From assembly GCA_965208675.1 (NCBI GenBank), contig OZ242351.1:1312001-1376000 (forward strand): DNA of 64,000 nucleotides, in the 5' to 3' direction. Below are positions 9,073 to 17,234 of this stretch, piece by piece (positions within the stretch are counted from its first letter, which is position 1; every line of letters starts with the position of its first letter). The notes under the pieces were generated by a model, which was not told the origin of the DNA, searched no databases, and saw only the letters and a program-made list of their open reading frames with translations. The position numbers and the translations under genes were made by a program. Source of the stretch: Candidatus Poribacteria bacterium (lineage in GTDB: Bacteria > Poribacteria > WGA-4E > PCPOR2b).

Positions 9073-10158
9073 CTATTTTTCAAATTTCTTCGCACGCTGT
9101 CGCAAAAAGTGATCGACCAGCACTAGCGAAGCCATTGCCTCGACTATCGGCACCGCACGAGGTAGCACACATGGATCATGCCGCCCGCGTGCGGACAAAA
9201 CAACAGGGTTGCCGTGGATGTCTACCGTTTCCTGCTCCTTGCGGATTGTCGCGGTCGGTTTGAAAGCCACCTGCAGACGGATATTCTCGCCGTTAGAAAT
9301 GCCACCTTGGGTGCCGCCAGAATTGTTCGTACGCGTGCGGATACGCCCTTTTTCTGTGTAAAATAAATCGTTATGCTGCGCTCCAGTCTTTGTCACGCCT
9401 TCAAAACCCGACCCGATTTGGAAACCCATTGTTGCCGGCAGGGACATCATCGCCTTACCCAAATCTGCCTTGAGCTTGTCAAATACCGGCTCTCCCAGTC
9501 CAATCGGGACGTTCCGCGACACTGACTCAATAATCCCCCCTAAGGAATCGCCGTCTCGCCGCGCTTCATCAATGCGTCGCTCCATTAGCTCACTAGCCTC
9601 GTGGTCTGGACATCTAATTATGCTGGATTCAATCGCATCAAGGGTCACCGTATCCGAATCGACATCGGCGGCGATCGTCTGAATCTGTTTTACGTAGGCG
9701 AGAATTTCCGTGCCGCACTGCTCACGCAAAATCTGTTTTGCAATTGCGCCTGCCGCGACACGTCCAATCGTTTCGCGTGCGCTCGCCCGGCCGCTCCCCT
9801 GCCAGTTGTGGATGCCGTACTTCTGACGATAGGTGAAGTCCGCATGTGACGGTCGATATATGTCCTTGAGGTGATCGTAGGCTGAGGGCTTCGCATCCTT
9901 GTTCCATACCAGCATGGAGATTGGAGTCCCAAGCGTCTGTCCCTCGAATACGCCTGATAAAATCTGCACCACATCCGACTCTTGGCGTGGAGTTGTAAGA
10001 TAGCTCTGTCCAGGACGGCGTCGATTGAGTTCCGCCTGAATGCCTTTGGCGTCGATTTTCAGTTGCGGCGGGCATCCATCAACCACAACGCCAATGGCAT
10101 CGCCGTGCGATTCGCCCCACGTCGTGATACGAAAAAGATGACCGAAGGTATTTCCCAC
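9073..10158 (-). CDS. aroC: Chorismate synthase
   Basis: [25 protein letters not shown] and GRHDPCV motifs. Confidence 0.98.
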   Translation of the reverse strand: MGNTFGHLFRITTWGESHGDAIGVVVDGCPPQLKIDAKGIQAELNRRRPGQSYLTTPRQESDVVQILSGVFEGQTLGTPISMLVWNKDAKPSAYDHLKDIYRPSHADFTYRQKYGIHNWQGSGRASARETIGRVAAGAIAKQILREQCGTEILAYVKQIQTIAADVDSDTVTLDAIESSIIRCPDHEASELMERRIDEARRDGDSLGGIIESVSRNVPIGLGEPVFDKLKADLGKAMMSLPATMGFQIGSGFEGVTKTGAQHNDLFYTEKGRIRTRTNNSGGTQGGISNGENIRLQVAFKPTATIRKEQETVDIHGNPVVLSARGRHDPCVLPRAVPIVEAMASLVLVDHFLRQRAKKFEK

Positions 10159-10390
10159 CGTGATACCTCCAATCTAACTGATTGAGTTCCGTATTGATTG
10201 ATTCCCAAATTCCTACTTGACATAGCTTCGAAGATAATTTACTCTATTCACGAAATTTGACTTGCAATACTTTGGGAAATATAGCACATCATCGCCTGAA
10301 TATCAACTGAAAACCTTTGTTACCCCTTGAATCACCCAGCAAACGCCGACGTACCCAAGACCTTGCGGCGGAGTACTCCAGGAGACTGCA

Positions 10391-11089
10391 TTGATAAGGA
10401 AAATTTTCAATAGGATGCAACTAAGTTGGGTGCTCATCTTTATCCTCGTCGGCGTGCTCTGGAATTCACCGGTCGTATATCCGCTAAAAATTCTTGTGGT
10501 CTTTTTGCACGAACTCAGTCACGGAATTGCAGCAGTAGCGACGGGCGGGCGCATTGAAGAAATCGTCGTCGTACCGCAAGAAGGCGGGCATACCCTCACA
10601 ATAGGCGGCTCGCGATTCTGGACGCTTTCAGCCGGTTATCTCGGAAGTCTCGTGTGGGGCGGATTAATTCTCGTAATCGCTGCACGTACACACCTTGATA
10701 AGCTGCTCAGCGTAGTAATCGGTTCTGGTATGATTCTCGTTTCGATAGTCTACGGAGGAAACTGGTTCATCCGTCTATTCGGAATTGCGTTCGGCGGCGG
10801 GCTTATTCTCGTCGGCGGCTTACTCTCGGAGTCCATCAACGACTGGGTGCTTCGGGTCATCGGTTTTACCAGTTGTCTATATGCAATCCTAGACATAAAG
10901 AGTGACGTTCTGGATCGCAGCGGTGTGCGCTCAGATGCACGTATGCTCCATGAAGAACTCACCCCAATGATTCCAACCGTGGCGTGGGGTATACTCTGGA
11001 TTATCATCGCTATCATTGGCACCATCTTCTTCCTGTACGTGTCAGGCGGAAATCAGGCAAGTCCAAAAGTTGATGAAAACGACCATTGA
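10391..11089 (+). CDS. M50B-like membrane metallopeptidase
   Basis: LHELSHG, AGYLG and SDA motifs; multiple TM helices; AGGAG RBS before TTG. Confidence 0.88.
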   Translation: MIRKIFNRMQLSWVLIFILVGVLWNSPVVYPLKILVVFLHELSHGIAAVATGGRIEEIVVVPQEGGHTLTIGGSRFWTLSAGYLGSLVWGGLILVIAARTHLDKLLSVVIGSGMILVSIVYGGNWFIRLFGIAFGGGLILVGGLLSESINDWVLRVIGFTSCLYAILDIKSDVLDRSGVRSDARMLHEELTPMIPTVAWGILWIIIAIIGTIFFLYVSGGNQASPKVDENDH

Positions 11090-11278
11090 GAGCGGGTGGA
11101 TCAGCGATACACGCGTATAGCGAACATCTTCAAGCTGGATGAGTCAGCAGGCATGCACCACAACGAACGACGTGCAAACGAGGTAGGGTTTGCGTGTTAA
11201 ACAGCTTTGGAAGGCCGCAGGCTGGTCTAGCATTGGTGAGAATTTACCGATTTCTCATCGTGCTGCTTTGGACTACTA

Positions 11279-12124
11279 TCAATCAGCGTTCTGATACTCC
11301 GGTGATTGCCTGAGCCACGGTTGAAAGAATTTCCGCTGGTCTTCATCGTAGCGCGCCCACGTCGTCGGTTGGATATACTGCAGTTCGTCCCAAGTAGCAA
11401 TGTTCTGTGACATCATCCAACCCGGACCGTAGCCCACGTGTAACGTCTTACGGGGTTCGCCCGACCGGTTAGTAAACCCGCCGTGCCGCAAGTTTTCGGT
11501 AAACACTATGGCGTCGCCCGAGTTCACTTCCAGTCCAATCATGCCGGGATCCTCGTCTACATGACATTGATAAGGTACCGGAAACTCCGACTTATGAGAG
11601 CCAGCTTCCACACAAAATGCTCCGTCCGTGTTGCTAACATCGTGAGTGAAGTAGATAAAACGCACCATCATGCAATCAATCCCCTTTGCATTCACCGAGT
11701 AGCGGTATTTGTAACTTCGGCAATATCCCCCGCCATGGGTACTGCTGCAATTGCCGGGATATCGTATGCGCAACTCGGAGTTGTTGATGCCGATTTCTTC
11801 CTGCACAAGGCTGGAAATATAGGAATTGGTCTTGGGATGGTTGACGAGGAAATCGAACGCCGAATCGAAATTGAAAAAGTCTTCAATAATGAATGTCTGG
11901 CCGTATTGGTGGCCCCCCGTAACGTGGTACCCGCGCTCTGCATTGAGATGATACTCGCTGCCAAAATTCCCGCTTTTGCGCGGCTCTAACTGGTAATGCT
12001 CCATAGCATGCTGTTCCAATGAATCAATTGCCAGTCTTAATCGGCTGACCTCTTCGTCAGTTAGAAAATTTCGCAGTACCAGAAAGCCCTGACGGTCAAA
12101 TTCGTACTGTTCCGTCTCCGTCAC
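11279..12124 (-). CDS. PhyH-family Fe(II)/2-oxoglutarate enzyme, HGG variant
   Basis: FDRQGFLVLRNFL N-terminus, G.F.V.AGSHK, GDAIVFTENLRHG, R.TL; first metal motif is HGG instead of HxD. Confidence 0.88.
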   Translation of the reverse strand: MTETEQYEFDRQGFLVLRNFLTDEEVSRLRLAIDSLEQHAMEHYQLEPRKSGNFGSEYHLNAERGYHVTGGHQYGQTFIIEDFFNFDSAFDFLVNHPKTNSYISSLVQEEIGINNSELRIRYPGNCSSTHGGGYCRSYKYRYSVNAKGIDCMMVRFIYFTHDVSNTDGAFCVEAGSHKSEFPVPYQCHVDEDPGMIGLEVNSGDAIVFTENLRHGGFTNRSGEPRKTLHVGYGPGWMMSQNIATWDELQYIQPTTWARYDEDQRKFFQPWLRQSPEYQNAD

Positions 12125-12216
12125 TTTTTACCTACTCCTATGCTAATTCATTGTGCCTGACAACATTATTGAGGCAACCTGTGTCCGGTCTTATTCTTAA
12201 ACATTATACCACAGGC

Positions 12217-12245
12217 TTGACACAGCCCCCAAATGAAGTTATTCT
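12217..12245 (+). promoter_or_regulatory. Putative sigma70 promoter for the ABC exporter
   Basis: TTGACA-17nt-TATTCT. Confidence 0.55.
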
Positions 12246-12460
12246 TTTAGCGCGTGGTTATAGTCGTGTCAGTATGTCCAAGATTATTCGACATTCTCAT
12301 CACGCACCCATCATGAACGCCAAAACCTCCGCTGAAAAGCTGATGTTATTAGGCACACGTTGAACTGAATCAAACCAAAACTGGAGCGGCTCCGATTCGT
12401 AGTTTACTTCGCTTAAACAAATACGTCGTCCACTACCGGCTTCAAATCATCTTCAGCTTC

Positions 12461-14137
12461 ATGCTAGTTCTAGTAACGAACGGGCTTCTACTGGTTAGCC
12501 CTAAAATCCTGGAGCTGGTCTTCGATGACTTGGAGAAATCCATTACCCCGCGGAAGGTTTTTCTCTATGCTCTCCTCATTTTCGCAGTCGCCCTCGGCGG
12601 CGGTGCAATTCTCTTCGCACAGCGCCGTATCATAAACGGTATCGCTAGGCGAATCGAATACCATCTGCGCAACGATTTCTTCACCCACCTTCAGAAACTG
12701 TCGGCGGCTTACTATAATCGTGTCGATACCGGCGATTTGATGGCGAGAGCGACAAGCGATATTAATGCAGTCCGCATGGTGCTCAGCAACGCAATCATGT
12801 TCACGGCGGATGGTATCGTCTTTTTTGCCATGGCGTTCGTCATAATGCTAAGAATTGATGTGACCTTGACCCTGCTCGCCGTGCTCCCATACCCCATTCT
12901 CGCACTTCTGATTCGAGAACTAGGAAAGCGTATCTATAGAAGTTACGAACGGATTCAGGAATCGTTTGCAACCATGAATACGAAAGTCCAGGAAAACCTC
13001 TCCGGCGTGCGCGTTGTCAAAGCATATACCCTTGAAAAGAGTGAAATTGACAAGTTCCGCGAACTCAACCAGAAATTTGTGGATTGCAACCGAGCACAAA
13101 TTCGTCTCTTCTCCGTGTTCTTTCCACTATTCCGGTGTCTGCCGGGAATTGGTCATGTCGTTCTTCTCTATTTGGGCGGAATCCGTGTCATTGAAGAACA
13201 GATTACATTCGGTGAATTTGTGGCGCTCCTCGCATATTTAATACTTCTTGTCCGTCCGATGATTCGACTCGGCTTCGTTGTCAACGCTTTTGAACGGGGC
13301 GCGGCATCAATGGAAAGAATAAGCAAAATTCTCGATGAACAACCAGAAATTTTCGATGGCGAGAAAGTGAAGCGCGGCATAGAGTCCATTCAGGGTGGCA
13401 TTGAATTTAGAAATCTCAATTTTGCCTATCCTGACGGCGCGCCCGTACTCAGAAATATCAACCTGAAAGTCGATCAGGGAAGGACTGTTGCTATTGTCGG
13501 TCCGACAGGCTGCGGAAAAACAACGCTTGTCAACCTAATCCCCCGCATCTACGAAGCCGACCGGGGAACTGTTTTCATTGACGGCGTGGACGTTCAGGAC
13601 ATTCCCGTGCAGGCGCTGCGGTCAAATATCGGATTCGTTGAACAGGAACCGTTCCTCTTTTCCGGTACGCTGCGAAATAACATCGCCTACGGCGTGGATA
13701 ACGCGGGCGGCGCCGAGGTTAATGGTGTCGTGCGTACTGCCGATCTACAGGGACAAATCGAGGAGTTTCCCGATGGGCTAGACACTTACTTGGGTGAGCG
13801 GGGAATCACAATCTCTGGCGGACAGAGACAGCGGACTGCGCTCGCACGAGCCATCGCAATCCATCCGAAAATCCTCATCTTGGACAGCGCATTTGCCAAT
13901 GTAGACACGCACACGGAAGACACCATCCTAAGTCGTTTAAAGGAGGTCATGGAGAATCGAACCACCATCATCATTTCTCATCGAATCTCCACCGTCAAGT
14001 CAGCCGATTTCATCATTGTTATGAAGAATGGCGAAATCGTTGAACGCGGCACCCACGACACTCTCCTCGAACGCAACGGAATCTACACGGGCATCTACGA
14101 AAAACAACTCCTTCAAGAAGAGCTAGACTCCCTTTAA
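12461..14137 (+). CDS. ABC exporter half-transporter (TMD+NBD), degenerate Walker B; true start probably upstream (12365 CTG or 12395 ATT)
   Basis: GPTGCGKT, ISGGQRQR, ILILDSA, ISHR; six TM helices. Confidence 0.93.
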   Translation: MLVLVTNGLLLVSPKILELVFDDLEKSITPRKVFLYALLIFAVALGGGAILFAQRRIINGIARRIEYHLRNDFFTHLQKLSAAYYNRVDTGDLMARATSDINAVRMVLSNAIMFTADGIVFFAMAFVIMLRIDVTLTLLAVLPYPILALLIRELGKRIYRSYERIQESFATMNTKVQENLSGVRVVKAYTLEKSEIDKFRELNQKFVDCNRAQIRLFSVFFPLFRCLPGIGHVVLLYLGGIRVIEEQITFGEFVALLAYLILLVRPMIRLGFVVNAFERGAASMERISKILDEQPEIFDGEKVKRGIESIQGGIEFRNLNFAYPDGAPVLRNINLKVDQGRTVAIVGPTGCGKTTLVNLIPRIYEADRGTVFIDGVDVQDIPVQALRSNIGFVEQEPFLFSGTLRNNIAYGVDNAGGAEVNGVVRTADLQGQIEEFPDGLDTYLGERGITISGGQRQRTALARAIAIHPKILILDSAFANVDTHTEDTILSRLKEVMENRTTIIISHRISTVKSADFIIVMKNGEIVERGTHDTLLERNGIYTGIYEKQLLQEELDSL

Positions 14138-14185
14138 TGCGAAGTTCTTATCTTTAACAAGAAGGTGTTTGTTTTTGCAGGCTCG

Positions 14186-14458
14186 GTAGGAGCGATCTCC
14201 GAATCGCGACACACACTTCCTCAATCACAGTTCTTGTAGGTTGGGTAGAGCGGGTAGTATCAAAACCGTTCCGATAGCATTAACCGTCCAGAACACTAAA
14301 CATTGCACTTTGTCTATTACATGTAGCGAAACCCAACGATCAACTGAGCGAATAGCGAAGGCGATTGTCTTCAGCATTAAAACCTCCTGACAACCAAATG
14401 ATTACCTGCTCCCGTAATTACACCCCATCATTTAATCACACGAATCACACTTCAACCA
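14186..14458 (+). repeat. Mosaic REP-like repeat locus 1 (module A, split module B with 70-nt insert, 9-nt-period module C)
   Basis: GTAGGAGCGATCTCCGAATCGCGAC 14186-14210; GTAGGTTGGGTAGAGCGG 14236-14253; TAGCGAAACCCAAC 14324-14337; AATCA nonamer tract 14416-14458; all recur elsewhere in the window. Confidence 0.9.
14225..14377 (-). CDS. Putative 50-aa repeat-embedded micro-protein
   Basis: AGGAGG-5nt-ATG; MLKTIAFAIRSVDRWVSLHVIDKVQCLVFWTVNAIGTVLILPALPNLQEL*; N-terminus shared with 25435-25539. Confidence 0.35.
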   Translation of the reverse strand: MLKTIAFAIRSVDRWVSLHVIDKVQCLVFWTVNAIGTVLILPALPNLQEL

Positions 14459-14478
14459 GTCTCATTACCATAATCTCA

Positions 14479-15387
14479 TCAATCAATATACTCATAATCC
14501 CACGTTTGCGTCCAATTCGGAAGGTAACCTTCGGTCTCCTCAAACCCGTAGGACCTCGCAATTTGGCGGGAATGCACGTGCGGCCACGCCTGTCCGCCGA
14601 TTAATCGAAATTCGTCTCCCTTGCCGGATAGCCAATAGAACATATGCGCAATATATCTGGATAACTGATGCCCTCCGTAATAAGCTGTCTGAAAGTCGAA
14701 GTCGGGCTCAACAATCCAATCCCGTGTCGGCGGTACGGTTCGCCAGTAATTATATTTCAGCATATGGCGCACGCCCTCTATTGTAGATTCGCCCTTGCGG
14801 TGCAAAATACTTTGATGATGGACGATAAGTGATCCCGCCGGTGCGGCGGTTGCAATCCCTTTGTCCCCCGCATGCCACGGCTGAGGACGCAGATGTGACT
14901 CCGGCACAATCCCGGTAGGTCCCAATTCCACGGGCGTGTCCTGAGGATAATAAAACACTTCGACAAAGTTGACTTCCGGCCCAAATATGCAGTCGTGGTC
15001 TTGATGCCAATTCTGAGGCGGTCCCGGACATTGGGCGCGGTGATGGCTAACTAGTATCGGCAAGCCGATGTGCCGCCCCAGTAGCGACCGCAATACACCC
15101 GATAATTGCGGATTGAGTAACGCATGTTCAATAAACCAATCCTCAAGCAGAAGCGTGCTATTCGTGGCTTTACGAATTCGCTCCAAATCTTCAGTTGTCA
15201 TCCCTTCCGGAATGTAACTCGGATTAGCCGGCAGCCTACCTTCCAAATATTCAATCGCCCGCAGATTGATTTCATCGGGCACCACACTCTCCAAAATCAG
15301 ATACCCACTGCGGCAAAATTCGAGCACCTGTGAATCCGTTAGTGTCGGTTCACAGTCAAACGTCCTATTCTCTTTATCGTATTTCAT
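14479..15387 (-). CDS. PhyH-family Fe(II)/2OG dioxygenase
   Basis: F...GYLIL, WHQD, GPTGIVPESH, ILHR; GAGGGG RBS. Confidence 0.88.
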   Translation of the reverse strand: MKYDKENRTFDCEPTLTDSQVLEFCRSGYLILESVVPDEINLRAIEYLEGRLPANPSYIPEGMTTEDLERIRKATNSTLLLEDWFIEHALLNPQLSGVLRSLLGRHIGLPILVSHHRAQCPGPPQNWHQDHDCIFGPEVNFVEVFYYPQDTPVELGPTGIVPESHLRPQPWHAGDKGIATAAPAGSLIVHHQSILHRKGESTIEGVRHMLKYNYWRTVPPTRDWIVEPDFDFQTAYYGGHQLSRYIAHMFYWLSGKGDEFRLIGGQAWPHVHSRQIARSYGFEETEGYLPNWTQTWDYEYID

Positions 15388-15515
15388 TTGTGTTCCCCTC
15401 CATGGTTGTAAAGCATTTGCGGTAAATAACTAACGTTAATGATGCAGGCCGCTATCAAAATTAAGTCTCATTCACACCGCCGCGTAATAATACAAAGAAT
15501 TTCAACATCCGTTTC

Positions 15516-17129
15516 TCATAAGCGGAATTCCCGCAAATAACGCAACTGGAATTCCAACTCATTGCTCCGTTTTCGAACGCCAATCTGATGCGCTTCATTC
15601 CGCGTGATTGCATACTGGTAAACGATGTCCAACTGCCATGATCTCAGCGGTTCGTAGACTAGCCGAAATCCCGCGCCGTCTCGGCGTTCAACCACCCCGG
15701 ACGGAAAAGGAATCGATTCAGAATCCTCGCTGCGAAACCGGTCCGCAACGCCCGCCTCGCCCTGACGCTCGAATTCGTAGAAAACGCTAATGAATGTATC
15801 GGCGTTGATTAGGTATCCTCCCTCCAAATAGAAGGTATCCGCATCTGTGCCGATGCGATGACCGATGAAAGATCCGAAATGTGTGAACTGATTTTCTTGC
15901 ACGAGGTGCGTATACGCCCAACGATTCACGCGGGCGTACTCGACGCGAACGCTCAGTTTTTTTGATGTGAGCAAACCGTTGCATTCCAGTCCCGCTAACC
16001 ACGCAACTGCGTTTGGGTCGTTGGTATCCGCGTACTGAAAATCGTCAATTAACCACTCGCCGTACAATCGCGCCCCATCAATTGGGCGAATCGCCCCTTC
16101 CAACAGAAACATAACATTATCGTCGGAATCGGAGTTGTATTGGCTCGCGTAATACGGCAGAATCGGATTCAGGTACTGCCATTCAACATCTCTTGCATTA
16201 CCGCCGTACAGGATAAACTCGGAAATACCAACTTCAATTCGGTCGTTCACCTGCCAATCCAGCCGGTGCCCCGCAAGATACCGATTCGCAAGGTAACGCC
16301 GCGTTGGACCGTCCTGATCATGCCACATCTGATCCAACTGCGCCGTGAACGCCGTGCCTTTTACCCGCCCAAACTGTCCCGTTAACAGGATGAGGTCAAA
16401 CGGCGGTGAGTTGTCAGAAATTCCAACCGCCCCGCGAAATCCCGTACCCCAAAAGATTTGGTCCCGCCCAATTTTTACATCAATTTGAGAGACCGGAAAT
16501 CGTAAGTAGACTCGTTTGAAGTCCGCAGTATAACCGCTGTGCCACGACTTTATGCGTCTGGAAGTCGATTTCGATTCAATAGGATATTTTTCTGCAAACT
16601 TCCCAACCTCGAATTCTTGATACAGCGTAATTCGCCTGCCTACGTCATAATGGAAAGCCCCTTCGTACGCGGGCGAAATCCGCGAATTCGTTCTTGGCGT
16701 GCGCAACTGTACTGCCCCGCGCATACGCAGTTGATGCCCGGTTTTCTGCTTGGATAGGATGCCAAGTTCCCGCGCAAACTCTCGCTTTAATTTATCAAGC
16801 AGATGAACGTGGATTAGCGCCGGATTCACACGACAATCGGCAATTCGTTCGTCCGCGCGGCCAATCACTTCCGCAACCTCCCAGCGCGTGCGGGGTCGCG
16901 TGTGCCGATGAAAACCGCCCGTTACGCCATCGGTTTCCAACTTCTCTAGTGCAGAATCTACCCAACCGTCAAAATGAAGCGTTGTATTTGGAATGGCGTT
17001 AGTAGATTTTGGTGCGAAGAAGGCGCTGACGCCAATAAAAACAAGAAAGCCAACAAACGGACGCGCTCCCGCGCCGAAAAGCCGTTTTTGGAGTGTGGAG
17101 CGTGGGAGTGAATATAGAAGCCGTTTCAT
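15516..17129 (-). CDS. Capsule assembly Wzi-family outer-membrane beta-barrel protein
   Basis: Signal-like N-terminus; IGRDQIFWG.G..G...ISDN.PP, AGHRLD and LYGEWLIDD motifs; terminal beta-strand. Confidence 0.8.
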   Translation of the reverse strand: MKRLLYSLPRSTLQKRLFGAGARPFVGFLVFIGVSAFFAPKSTNAIPNTTLHFDGWVDSALEKLETDGVTGGFHRHTRPRTRWEVAEVIGRADERIADCRVNPALIHVHLLDKLKREFARELGILSKQKTGHQLRMRGAVQLRTPRTNSRISPAYEGAFHYDVGRRITLYQEFEVGKFAEKYPIESKSTSRRIKSWHSGYTADFKRVYLRFPVSQIDVKIGRDQIFWGTGFRGAVGISDNSPPFDLILLTGQFGRVKGTAFTAQLDQMWHDQDGPTRRYLANRYLAGHRLDWQVNDRIEVGISEFILYGGNARDVEWQYLNPILPYYASQYNSDSDDNVMFLLEGAIRPIDGARLYGEWLIDDFQYADTNDPNAVAWLAGLECNGLLTSKKLSVRVEYARVNRWAYTHLVQENQFTHFGSFIGHRIGTDADTFYLEGGYLINADTFISVFYEFERQGEAGVADRFRSEDSESIPFPSGVVERRDGAGFRLVYEPLRSWQLDIVYQYAITRNEAHQIGVRKRSNELEFQLRYLREFRL

Positions 17130-17234
17130 CGCATATCAGCTTAATCGAATTTCGGACAAAAGTCAAACACGATTACCACCCGGTTTCCGCCGCTCAAGCC
17201 TACCCGCCAGGTCTCGCACCTTGCGCACCCAACT

